Origin: an uncultured delta proteobacterium
Lineage (GTDB): Bacteria; Myxococcota; Myxococcia; Myxococcales; Myxococcaceae
Reading direction: 5' to 3'
DNA length: 64,000 nt
NCBI GenBank assembly: GCA_963776345.1
Contig: CAVZMH010000019.1
Span: forward strand, 224,001 to 288,000
The notes under the pieces are model-generated. The model had not been told where the DNA came from. It did no database searches and saw only the letters and a list, made by a program, of their open reading frames with translations. The translations under genes were made by a program, and so were the position numbers. Position 1 is the first letter of the stretch; every line of letters begins with the position of its first letter. Below, piece by piece: positions 49,520-58,626 of this stretch.

Positions 49520-50452
49520 TTGACCGCGCCTTCCATCCCGCCGGCCCGCGCCGGGCTCGTGACCGGCCTCGCCGCGGACGCGAACCCCGGCGAGCCCCTC
49601 GCGCCCTGGACCAGCCTGCGGGTGGGCGGCCCGGCCGAGCTGCTCGTCCGGCCACGCACCCTCGACGCCCTGGTGGCGGTGCTCGCCCGCGCCCGCGCCG
49701 AGGGGCTGCCTGTCCATGTCCTGGGCGGCGGCGCGAACACGCTGGTGGGCGACCTCGGCATCCCCGGCGTCACCCTCAAGCTCCCTCCCGACCTCTTCGC
49801 CGAGGAGGTCCAGCCCGCGGCCTCGGGCGGCGGCCTGGTCACCCTCGGGGCCGGGGCGGCCATCGTCCGGCTGGTCAACGTGATGCGGGCCCGGGGCTGG
49901 GTCGGCGCCGAGTTCCTCGCCGGCATCCCCGGCACCATCGGCGGCGCGGTGGCGATGAACGCCGGGACCAAGCACGGCGAATGCGAGCGAGTGCTGGACG
50001 CCGTCGAGCTCGCCACGGCGGACGGCATCGGCTGGGTCCCCCGGAGCGCGCTCGCCATCCGCTACCGGCACACCGAGCTGCCGCCGGGCGCGGTGCTCAC
50101 CCGCGCCCGCTTCCGTCTCCCGGACGGCGACCTCGAGGCCTCCCGCGCGGCGATGGAGGCGGACCTCTCGTACCGCAAGCGGACCCAGCCGCTGAGCCAG
50201 CCGAACTGCGGCAGCGTGTTCCAGAATCCTCCCGGGGACCACGCGGGCCGGCTCATCGAGTCGGTGGGCCTCAAGGGGACGGTGCTCGGCGGGGCGCAGA
50301 TCTCGCCGCTCCACGCCAACTGGATCGTCAACCTCGGCGGGGCCCGCGCCGCGGACGTGGTGGGGCTCATCGAGCGCGCGCAGCGGCGCGTGCAGGAAGC
50401 GACGGGCATCGTGCTCGTGCCGGAGGTGAAGCGGGTGGGAGTGTTCGCATGA
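49520..50452 (+). CDS. murB: UDP-GlcNAc-enolpyruvate reductase
   Basis: RVGGPA, GIPGTIGGAVAMNAG, TQP..PNCGSVFQNP, HANW; TTG start after AGGAGG. Confidence 0.95.
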   Translation: MTAPSIPPARAGLVTGLAADANPGEPLAPWTSLRVGGPAELLVRPRTLDALVAVLARARAEGLPVHVLGGGANTLVGDLGIPGVTLKLPPDLFAEEVQPAASGGGLVTLGAGAAIVRLVNVMRARGWVGAEFLAGIPGTIGGAVAMNAGTKHGECERVLDAVELATADGIGWVPRSALAIRYRHTELPPGAVLTRARFRLPDGDLEASRAAMEADLSYRKRTQPLSQPNCGSVFQNPPGDHAGRLIESVGLKGTVLGGAQISPLHANWIVNLGGARAADVVGLIERAQRRVQEATGIVLVPEVKRVGVFA

Positions 50453-51369
50453 AGGACAAGCGGATCGGCGTGCTGATGGGCGGCCTCTCCGTCGAGCGGG
50501 AGGTGAGCCTCCGCACCGGCGCCGGGGTCGCCGCGGCGCTCCGAGGCCTCGGCTACACCGTGGTCGAGCTCGACGTGCAGCGGGACGTCGCCGAGCGGCT
50601 CCGCGCCGAGCGGATCGACGTGGCCTTCATCGCCCTGCACGGTCGCTACGGCGAGGACGGCTGCATCCAGGGCCTGCTGGAGTCGATGTTCATCCCCTAC
50701 ACCGGCTCGGGCGTGCTCGCCTCGTCGGTGGGGATGGAGAAGGTCTTCGCCAAGCAGGTCTTCCTCGCCCACGGCATCCCCACCCCCGCCTACCGCACGT
50801 TCGACGGCGCCGAGCATGCGCTGGCCGGTGTCGAGTCGCTGCCCTTCCCCTTCCCGGTGGTGGTGAAGCCGTCGCGAGAGGGCTCGAGCGTGGGGGTGCA
50901 CATCTGCCGCACCGAGGACGCCTACCCGGCGGCGGTGGAGGACGCGGCCCGGCTCGCTGGCTCCATCCTGGTCGAGCAGTTCGTCCCCGGCCGCGAGGTG
51001 CAGGGCGCGGTCCTCGACGACGCCTCGCTCGGGGCGATCGAGATCGTCCCCGCGCACGAGTTCTACGACTACGAGGCCAAGTACGCCGCCGGCAGCGGGA
51101 CGAAGTACCTCTTCCCCGCACCGCTCCCCCCGGACCAGTACGCCCGGGTCAACGAGGTCTGCCTCGCGGCCCATCGCGCCCTCGGCTGCCGCGGCGCCAC
51201 CCGCTCGGACGTCATCGTCACTCCGGAGGGAGGAGTGCAGCTTCTGGAGCTGAACACCATCCCTGGCATGACCCCCACCAGCCTGCTGCCGAAGATCGCC
51301 GCCGGGCGGGGCATCGACTACCCGCAGCTCTGCGAGCGCATCCTCCTCGGGGCCGCCCTCCAGGCCTGA
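50449..51369 (+). CDS. ddl: D-Ala-D-Ala ligase
   Basis: GGLSVEREVS, LHGRYGEDG, EGSSVG, FYDYEAKY, ELNTIPGMT. Confidence 0.96.
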   Translation: MKDKRIGVLMGGLSVEREVSLRTGAGVAAALRGLGYTVVELDVQRDVAERLRAERIDVAFIALHGRYGEDGCIQGLLESMFIPYTGSGVLASSVGMEKVFAKQVFLAHGIPTPAYRTFDGAEHALAGVESLPFPFPVVVKPSREGSSVGVHICRTEDAYPAAVEDAARLAGSILVEQFVPGREVQGAVLDDASLGAIEIVPAHEFYDYEAKYAAGSGTKYLFPAPLPPDQYARVNEVCLAAHRALGCRGATRSDVIVTPEGGVQLLELNTIPGMTPTSLLPKIAAGRGIDYPQLCERILLGAALQA

Positions 51370-51387
51370 GCGGGGCGGAACCGGCCT

Positions 51388-51448
51388 CTACAGGGCTGTG
51401 GCCGAAAACTGGCGCGGTCGCTGATCCGGGCCGACCATGCCCCGGATC
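51388..51448 (+). promoter_or_regulatory. Conserved element / internal promoter upstream of ftsQ (paralogous to 53542-53600)
   Basis: CTACAGG..TGTG..CGAAAACT.GCG...TCCGGG.CCGA..ATG.CCCGGATC is shared with the ftsZ upstream region. Confidence 0.6.
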
Positions 51449-51450
51449 AG

Positions 51451-52266
51451 ATGTCCGGAGTCCTCGCCTCCAGGAACCGGCGCCGCCGCGCCGACGGCGC
51501 AGCTTCCCGTGCCCCCGGTGGCCGGTCGGTCCTGCGCGGCCTGGGAGTCCTGGCGCTCCTGGCCTCGCTCGCCTGGATCGGCCTCCAGCTCGACGGGTGG
51601 GCCTCCAGCTCGCCCCGGCTCGCCCTGCGGACGGTGAGGGTCCAGGGGCTCCACCGGGCCACCGAGCACGAGCTCCTCCGGATGGCCGGCGTGGCCCCGG
51701 GGATGAACCTCTGGTCCCTGGACCCGGCCGCAGTGGCCCAGGCGATGGGCGCCCACCCGTGGGTCCGCACCGTCGAGGTTTCGCGGAATCTGCCGGACAC
51801 CCTGCAGCTCCGGGTCGAGGAGCGCGCGCCGGTGGCCCTGGCCTCGCTCGGTGACCTGTACGTGGTCGACGCCGACGGCGCGCCGTTCAAGCGCGTGTCT
51901 CCCGCCGAGGCGCTCGACCTGCCGCTGCTCACCGGGCTCACCCGCGAGGCCGCGGAGAAGGACCCGGCCGGCACCGCCGCCCGGCTCCGCGAGGCGCTGG
52001 CGGTGGCCGAGGCCTACCAGCGCGCCTTCGAGCGCCCCCGGCTCTCCGAGGTCCAGCTCGGCGAGGCCGGCTTCGCGCTGATCGCCGCCGACGGCGTCCG
52101 GGTCGTGCTCGGCCGCGACGACCTGGACGGCCAGCTCCGGCGGCTGCGCCGGGTCAGGGACGAGCTGCGGCAGCGCGGCCTGCTCGCCTCCGCAATTCAC
52201 CTCGAGAACCGCGTCCGGCCCGGCTGGGTCGCGGTGCAGGTCCAGCCCGGCGCCAGGACGCACTAG
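51451..52266 (+). CDS. ftsQ: Cell division protein FtsQ
   Basis: TM helix, POTRA domain (PWVRTVEVSRNLPDTL..VEER); lies between ddl and ftsA. Confidence 0.9.
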   Translation: MSGVLASRNRRRRADGAASRAPGGRSVLRGLGVLALLASLAWIGLQLDGWASSSPRLALRTVRVQGLHRATEHELLRMAGVAPGMNLWSLDPAAVAQAMGAHPWVRTVEVSRNLPDTLQLRVEERAPVALASLGDLYVVDADGAPFKRVSPAEALDLPLLTGLTREAAEKDPAGTAARLREALAVAEAYQRAFERPRLSEVQLGEAGFALIAADGVRVVLGRDDLDGQLRRLRRVRDELRQRGLLASAIHLENRVRPGWVAVQVQPGARTH

Positions 52267-52293
52267 CCACGAGCGAGAAGGGACGGAAGTCAC

Positions 52294-53526
52294 ATGGCCA
52301 AGCAGAAGGGTGGAGAGATCGTCGTCGGCCTGGACATCGGCACGACGAAGATCTGCGCCATCGTCGGTGAGCTCACCGAGAACGGCATCGACATCATCGG
52401 CATCGGCAGCCACCCGTCCAAGGGCCTGCGCAAGGGCGTGGTGGTCAACATCGAGGCCACCGTCGCCTCCATCCGCCGCGCGGTGGAGGAGGCCGAGCTG
52501 ATGGCCGGCTGCGAGATCACCACCGTCTACACCGGGATCGCCGGCGGCCACATCAAGGGCTTCAACAGCCAGGGCATCGTGGCGGTGAAGGACAAGGAGG
52601 TCCGCGAGGCGGACATCACCCGGGTCATCGACGCGGCGAAGGCCGTGGCCATCCCCATGGACCGGGAGGTGATCCACGTCCTGCCCCAGGAGTTCATCAT
52701 CGACGACCAGGGCGGCATCAAGGAGCCGCTGGGCATGGCCGGCGTGCGGCTGGAGGCCAAGGTCCACATCGTGACCGGCGCGGTCTCCAGCGCCCAGAAC
52801 ATCGTCAAGTGCGCCAACCGCACCGGGCTCAACGTGGCGGACATCGTGCTCCAGCCGCTGGCCTCGAGCGAGGCGGTGCTGGGCGAGGACGAGAAGGAGC
52901 TGGGCGTCTGCCTGGTCGACATCGGCGGCGGCACCACTGACATCGCCATCTTCTCCGGCGGGAGCATCGCCCACACCGCGGTCATCGCCCTGGGCGGCAA
53001 CAACCTGACCTCGGACATCGCCATCGGGCTGCGCACGCCAGCGCACGAGGCCGAGCGCATCAAGCAGCGCTACGGCTGCGCGATGGCGTCGATGGTGGAC
53101 AAGGAGGAGACCATCGAGGTGCCCTCGGTGGGCGGCCGGCAGCCGCGGGTCATCGGGCGCCAGATCCTCTGCGAGATCCTCGAGCCGCGAGTGGAGGAGA
53201 TCTTCCAGCTGGTGCACCGCGAGATCCAGAAGTGCGGCTTCGAGGATCTGCTCGCCAGCGGCGTGGTCATCACCGGCGGCTCCACGCTGCTCGCCGGGAT
53301 GCCCGAGCTCGCCGAGGAGGTGCTGGGCCTCCCGGTCCGCCGCGGGATGCCGCGCGGCATCGGCGGCCTGGTCGACGTGGTGAAGAGCCCGATGTACGCC
53401 ACCGGCGTGGGCCTGGTGGTGTACGGCGCCCGTCACACCGACCGGCGCCTGTTCCGGATCCGCGAGGAGAACGTCTACCGCAAGGTCCGGGGCCGGATGC
53501 GGGAGTGGCTGGAGGAGATCTTCTAG
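52294..53526 (+). CDS. ftsA: Cell division protein FtsA
   Basis: GLDIGTTK, DIGGGTTD, AERIK, ITGG, C-terminal amphipathic helix. Confidence 0.97.
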   Translation: MAKQKGGEIVVGLDIGTTKICAIVGELTENGIDIIGIGSHPSKGLRKGVVVNIEATVASIRRAVEEAELMAGCEITTVYTGIAGGHIKGFNSQGIVAVKDKEVREADITRVIDAAKAVAIPMDREVIHVLPQEFIIDDQGGIKEPLGMAGVRLEAKVHIVTGAVSSAQNIVKCANRTGLNVADIVLQPLASSEAVLGEDEKELGVCLVDIGGGTTDIAIFSGGSIAHTAVIALGGNNLTSDIAIGLRTPAHEAERIKQRYGCAMASMVDKEETIEVPSVGGRQPRVIGRQILCEILEPRVEEIFQLVHREIQKCGFEDLLASGVVITGGSTLLAGMPELAEEVLGLPVRRGMPRGIGGLVDVVKSPMYATGVGLVVYGARHTDRRLFRIREENVYRKVRGRMREWLEEIF

Positions 53527-53541
53527 TCGACGGCGGCGCCG

Positions 53542-53600
53542 CTACAGGCGTGTGTCGAAAACTTGCGGGGGCGGGTCCGGGGCCGATGATGACCCGGATC
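53542..53600 (+). promoter_or_regulatory. Conserved element / internal promoter upstream of ftsZ
   Basis: Second copy of the ftsQ upstream element; TTGCGG-N16-GATGAT. Confidence 0.6.
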
Positions 53601-53628
53601 GGCCGGAATGGCCGGTGGGACGAGGCGC

Positions 53629-54798
53629 ATGGACAACTTCGAGCAGGGCAAGCAGGCCGCGAGGATCCGGGTGGTGGGCGTGGGCGGGGCGGGCTGCAAC
53701 GCGATCAACACCATGATCGCCGCCTCGCTCGACCGGGTGAACTTCGTCGCCGCCAACACCGACATCCAGGCGCTGGCCGCGAGCCAGGCCGCGACCAAGA
53801 TCCAGATCGGCGAGGCCCTGACCAAGGGGCTCGGCGCCGGCGCCAATCCCGAGGTCGGCCGGCAGGCGGCGCTGGAGAGCAAGGACGAGATCGCCCACGC
53901 GCTCGAGGGCGCGGACATGGTGTTTGTCACCGCCGGGATGGGCGGCGGAACAGGCACCGGCGCCGCCCCGGTCATCGCCGAGGTGGCGCGCTCGCTCGGA
54001 GTGCTCACCGTCGCCGTGGTGACCAAGCCCTTCCATTTCGAGGGGAACAAGCGTCGGAAGCAGGCCGAGGCGGGGCTGATCGAGCTCCGGTCGTCGGTGG
54101 ACACGCTGATCACCATCCCCAACCAGCGGCTGCTCGGCCTGGGCGGTCAGTCGATGCCGCTGCTCGAGACCTTCAAGCGCGCCGACGAGGTGTTGCTCAA
54201 CGCGGTGCAGGGCATCAGCGACCTCATCCAGTACCACGGCTACATCAACGTGGACTTCGCCGACGTGAAGACCATCATGAGCGACCGGGGCCTCGCGCTG
54301 ATGGGCACCGGCCGTGCCTCGGGCGAGAAGCGGGCGGTCACCGCCATGCAGCAGGCGATCAGCTCGCCGTTGCTCGAGGACGTGCAGATCGACGGCGCCA
54401 CCGGGCTCCTGATCAACATCACCGGCGGCCGCGACATGACGCTCCAGGAGGTCAACGAGGCCCTGACCCTGGTGCACGACGCCGCGGACGAGGAAGCGGA
54501 GATCATCTTCGGCAGCCTCATCGACGACAACGTCTCGGACGAGGTGAAGATCACCATCATCGCCACCGGCTTCCAGCAGCGCGACGCGCGCCGGCCGACG
54601 CCCGCCGCGGGCCACGCGGTGACCCGTCCCGCGGCCGCCGAGCCCGCTGCCCTGGGGCCGGTCCGGGCCCGCGCCACCGCCCCCGAGCCGAGGCCGCTCG
54701 CGCCCACCCGTCCCCTGAAGGAGCCGTCGCTCCCGCTGGACGAGGATCAGTTCGACATCCCCACGTTCCTGCGGCGCCAGGGCCAGGGCGAGCCGTAA
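53629..54798 (+). CDS. ftsZ: Cell division protein FtsZ
   Basis: [34 protein letters not shown] tail. Confidence 0.98.
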   Translation: MDNFEQGKQAARIRVVGVGGAGCNAINTMIAASLDRVNFVAANTDIQALAASQAATKIQIGEALTKGLGAGANPEVGRQAALESKDEIAHALEGADMVFVTAGMGGGTGTGAAPVIAEVARSLGVLTVAVVTKPFHFEGNKRRKQAEAGLIELRSSVDTLITIPNQRLLGLGGQSMPLLETFKRADEVLLNAVQGISDLIQYHGYINVDFADVKTIMSDRGLALMGTGRASGEKRAVTAMQQAISSPLLEDVQIDGATGLLINITGGRDMTLQEVNEALTLVHDAADEEAEIIFGSLIDDNVSDEVKITIIATGFQQRDARRPTPAAGHAVTRPAAAEPAALGPVRARATAPEPRPLAPTRPLKEPSLPLDEDQFDIPTFLRRQGQGEP

Positions 54799-54817
54799 CC
54801 GTCCGACCCGGTGGCGG

Positions 54818-55537
54818 TCAGGCCGAGCCGGTGGACCGCCACTTGTACATCCGCTGGCGGTGGCCCGTGCCGTCCAGGGCCGCAAAGAGGTGGCCCCGGA
54901 AGACCATGATCAGGTGGAGCAGGGCCCCCTCCACCAGCGCGGTGAGCACCGTCCCCGCGGTCCCGAGCATGGCGAGCGGGTAGCGGGGCGTGAAGTACCA
55001 GGCCGCGAGTAGCAGGAGGTTGGGGATGCCCCACTCGATCCAGTTCGCCTGGAGGAACCGGATCGACCGCTGGGCCGTCTCCAGACCGCCGTAGCTCCCG
55101 CGCTGGTAGATCACCTCCGGCGCGGCGTTGAGCAGGATGACCGCGGCCAGGAAGAGGAGCTGTGCGAAGACGAACCGCTGCGGCCCGGGAACCATCAGCT
55201 CGATGACCAGCGTGGCCACCCAGAAGACGAAGAAGACGTTGGCCACCGACCAGAAGTACGCCCGGATGCTGCGGCCGAACTCGTCCAGCTTCACCCGTGA
55301 CCTCGCGACCACCTCGCCCAGGAAGTAGAGGTAGCAGCTCGCGGCCGCCGCCCAGATGACCCACACCACGAACTGGCCGAGCCGGCCGAGACCTCCGAGC
55401 ACCAGTCCGGTGGCGAGCGCGTTGGCCTCCAGAAGGCCGATCGGCAGGAGCAGCGTCCAGGCGTTCTTCCCGATGCCGGCCAGGGCTTGCCGGAACGCGC
55501 CGGCATAGATGCGGAGGTAGACGGTCAGGACGTTCAT
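54818..55537 (-). CDS. Hypothetical integral membrane protein
   Basis: Several TM helices; convergent with ftsZ. Confidence 0.75.
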   Translation of the reverse strand: MNVLTVYLRIYAGAFRQALAGIGKNAWTLLLPIGLLEANALATGLVLGGLGRLGQFVVWVIWAAAASCYLYFLGEVVARSRVKLDEFGRSIRAYFWSVANVFFVFWVATLVIELMVPGPQRFVFAQLLFLAAVILLNAAPEVIYQRGSYGGLETAQRSIRFLQANWIEWGIPNLLLLAAWYFTPRYPLAMLGTAGTVLTALVEGALLHLIMVFRGHLFAALDGTGHRQRMYKWRSTGSA

Positions 55538-55635
55538 GGGGCGGGGCGGACCATGTCATTCGATGCGTCACCGTGCCACCCTGATGCTTGCCCCGCCGCG
55601 GGCGAGCGTGGCAGCGTGCGCCGCCCGACGCCGCC

Positions 55636-56986
55636 ATGTTCCGCTCGCTGCTCATCGCCAACCGGGGGGAGATCGCCCGCCGCATCGGCACCGTGGCCCG
55701 CTCCATGGGCCTCCGCACCATCGCCGTCTACTCGGACGCGGACGCCCAGGCGCCCTTCGTCCGGGAAGCCGACCAGGCGGTGCGCCTCGGGCCCGCCGCC
55801 GCCGAAGGACAGCTACCTGAACGTGGAATCGCTGATCCACGCTGCCAGGGAGACCGGCGCCGAGGCGGTCCACCCGGGCTACGGCTTCGTCTCCGAGAAC
55901 GCCGAGTTCGCGCGGGCCTGCACCGAGGCCGGCATCGTCTTCGTCGGCCCGCCGCCCGCGTCGATGGCCCGGATGAAGGACAAGGCCCAGGCCCGTGCCC
56001 TCGCCGCGGGCGCCGGCGTTCCGGTGGTGCCCGGGAGCGACGGGGTGGTGGCCGACCTCCGGGGCGCCAGCGAGGCCGCCGAGCGCATCGGCTTCCCGGT
56101 CCTGGTGAAGGCCGCGGGCGGCGGCGGGGGCATCGGCATGGCGGTGGCCGGCTCGCAGGCCGAGCTGGAGAAGGCCTTCCGCGCCTGCGCCGACCGGGCC
56201 CGGTCCGCCTTCGGACGAGACGCCGTCTACCTCGAGCGCTACTTCCCGGCTCCGCGCCACATCGAGGTGCAGATCCTCGGGGACACCCACGGCACCCTCC
56301 TCCACGTCCTGGAGCGCGAGTGCAGCATCCAGCGCCGCCACCAGAAGGTGGTGGAGGAGGCAGGGAGCCCCCTCTTCCTCGACGGCCGCAACGCCGAGCT
56401 GCTGGAGCGGATGAGCCAGGCCGCCCTCGCCGCGGCGCGGGCCTTCGGCTACGCCAACGCCGGCACGGTGGAGTTCCTGGTGGCGGACGGCGAGTTCTTC
56501 TTCATCGAGATGAACGCCCGGCTCCAGGTGGAGCACCCGGTGACCGAGCTCACCACCGGGGTGGACCTCATCGGCTGGCAGCTGCGCATCGCCGCCGGCG
56601 AGCGGCTGACTGTCCGGCAGCAGGACATCCACCGCAGGGGGCACGCGCTCGAGTTCCGCATCTACGCCGAGGACCCGGTGCGCTTCCTCCCCAGCCCCGG
56701 GCCGCTGAACGTCTTCCGCCCGCCGGAGGGCGACGGCATCCGGGTGGACGCGGGCTACGCCGAGGGCGGAGTGGTGACTCCGTACTACGACCCGCTCCTG
56801 GCCAAGCTCATCGTCTCCGGGAAGAGCCGCGAGGAGGCCATCCAGCGCGCCGAGGGGGCGCTGGAGCGGTTCGAGATCCAGGGGCTGAAGAACAACATCC
56901 CCCTCCACCTGCGCATCGTGCGCGACCGCGCCTTCCAGGACGGCGCGCTCGACACCCACTTCCTGGAGCACCACGCCAAACCCTGA
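55636..56986 (+). CDS. Biotin carboxylase subunit of an acyl-CoA carboxylase, frameshift near 55795
   Basis: LIANRGEIA in one frame; HPGYGFVSEN, RECSIQRRHQK, EMNARLQVEHPV, YYDPLLAK in the next. Confidence 0.9.
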
Positions 56987-57004
56987 TTGAGGAGCGCCCC
57001 GACG

Positions 57005-57217
57005 ATGGACGTCCCCGCCCACATCACCGGCACCGTCTGGAAGGTCGAGGTCTCGGTTGGCCAGGTCGTCACGGCCGGCGAGGTGCTGGTCATCCTCGAA
57101 TCCATGAAGATGGAGATGCCGATCGAGGCTCCCGAGGCCGGCACGGTGAAGGAGATTCGCTGCCAGCCGGCGCAGGCGGTGAACGAGGGCGACGTGCTGG
57201 TCGTGCTCGCGCCGTGA
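57005..57217 (+). CDS. Biotin carboxyl carrier protein
   Basis: ESMKME biotinylation motif. Confidence 0.92.
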   Translation: MDVPAHITGTVWKVEVSVGQVVTAGEVLVILESMKMEMPIEAPEAGTVKEIRCQPAQAVNEGDVLVVLAP

Positions 57218-57984
57218 CCTCCGACGGCAGGCTGGAGCGCTCCTGGCTGCCCGGCGGCGTCCGGGTGCTGACCCTGGAGCGGCCCCGGCGGAGGAACGCG
57301 CTCACCCCCTTCCTCCTCGACGCGCTGGCCGAGGCGCTGACCCCGGACCCGGAGGTGAGGGCGCTGGTGCTCGAGGCGCGCGGCCCGGCGTTCTGCGCCG
57401 GGTACGACCTCTCGCAGCTCGGGGAGGACGCCGTCGCGGACCGGTCGCCCGACGCGCGGATCCAGGAGGTGCTCGCGGTGCTCGAGGAGCACCCGGCGCC
57501 CAGCGTGGCCGTGGTCCACGGAGCGGCCTTCGGCGCCGGGTGCGAGCTGGCCTGCGCCTGCGACTTCCGGGTGGGGACGCCCGACGCCGTGCTGTGCATG
57601 CCGCCGATCCGGCTCGGCGTCGTCTACGCGCCCGACGGCGTGTGGCGGGTTGCCCGGCTCGCCGGGCTGCAGCGCGCCCGCTGGATGTTCCTCACCGCCG
57701 CCGAGGTGTCCGCCCCGGAGGCGCTCGCCTGGGGCCTCCTGGACCTAATAGCCGACGACGCCGCGGCCCGCGCGCACGCCCTCGCCGCCAACCTCGCCTC
57801 GGGCGCGCCGCTGGCCATGGCCGGGCTGCGCCGGACGCTCCGGGCCCTCGGGCGCGCGCCCCTGGACCCCGCCGAGCGCGAGGAGCTGGAGGCGCTCCGT
57901 GCGGACGCCTTCGCCTCCGAGGACGCGGACGAGGCCCGGAGGGCCCTCCGCGAGAAGCGGCCTCCGCGCTGGCGCGGACGCTAG
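57214..57984 (+). CDS. Enoyl-CoA hydratase/isomerase (crotonase) family protein
   Basis: RNAL, FCAGYDL, GAAFGAGCELACACDFR. Confidence 0.9.
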   Translation: MTSDGRLERSWLPGGVRVLTLERPRRRNALTPFLLDALAEALTPDPEVRALVLEARGPAFCAGYDLSQLGEDAVADRSPDARIQEVLAVLEEHPAPSVAVVHGAAFGAGCELACACDFRVGTPDAVLCMPPIRLGVVYAPDGVWRVARLAGLQRARWMFLTAAEVSAPEALAWGLLDLIADDAAARAHALAANLASGAPLAMAGLRRTLRALGRAPLDPAEREELEALRADAFASEDADEARRALREKRPPRWRGR

Positions 57985-58024
57985 GAAACGCCCGGGCTGT
58001 GCGCCCGGGGCGGCTCCCGGTTCG

Positions 58025-58618
58025 TCAGGCGCCGCCGAACAGCTCGGCCATCCGCAGCCGCAGCGCGGAGGCGATCTTGTACAGCGAGCTGATCGAGGCG
58101 CTCGACTCGGCGCGCTCGATCTGGCTCAGCAGCGAGACCGACAGCCCCGTCCGCCGGGCGAGCTGCTTCAGGGTCAGCTCCTGCGACTTCCTGGCCTCGC
58201 GGATGGTCCGGCCGATCGCCCGGTGCAGCTCGGCCTCGGGGTCCTTGGAGAGCCCCTTCTTGGCCAGCGCCGACTCCACCGCGGCGAGCAGCTCCTCCGG
58301 CTCGACCGGCTTCTTCACGTAGTCCGAAGCCTGCGCCTTGAGCGAGGCGACCGCCGTCTCCACCGCCGGGTGCGCGGTGGCCACGATCACCGCGATGTCC
58401 GAGTCGTAGCCGCGGATCTTCTCCAGCAGCTCCGTTCCGGACATCTGCGGCATCATCATGTCGAGGATCACCAGGTGGAAATCCTCGGAGCGGAGCCGGT
58501 CCATCACCTGCGTCGGGTCGGTCAGCGCCACGACCTCGTACCCCGCCTTGGTCAGCAAGAGCTGCAGGTAGTCGCCGGTCTCCTTCTCGTCGTCGACCAC
58601 CAGGATGCGGATCTGCAT
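58025..58618 (-). CDS. digR: Response regulator with C-terminal XRE helix-turn-helix (DigR-like)
   Basis: Receiver domain (VVDDE, LDMMMP, KKP) plus IREARKSQELTLKQLARRTGLSVSLLSQIER. Architecture matches myxobacterial DigR; orthology is not verified. Confidence 0.7.
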   Translation of the reverse strand: MQIRILVVDDEKETGDYLQLLLTKAGYEVVALTDPTQVMDRLRSEDFHLVILDMMMPQMSGTELLEKIRGYDSDIAVIVATAHPAVETAVASLKAQASDYVKKPVEPEELLAAVESALAKKGLSKDPEAELHRAIGRTIREARKSQELTLKQLARRTGLSVSLLSQIERAESSASISSLYKIASALRLRMAELFGGA

Positions 58619-58626
58619 CGCCCCTC

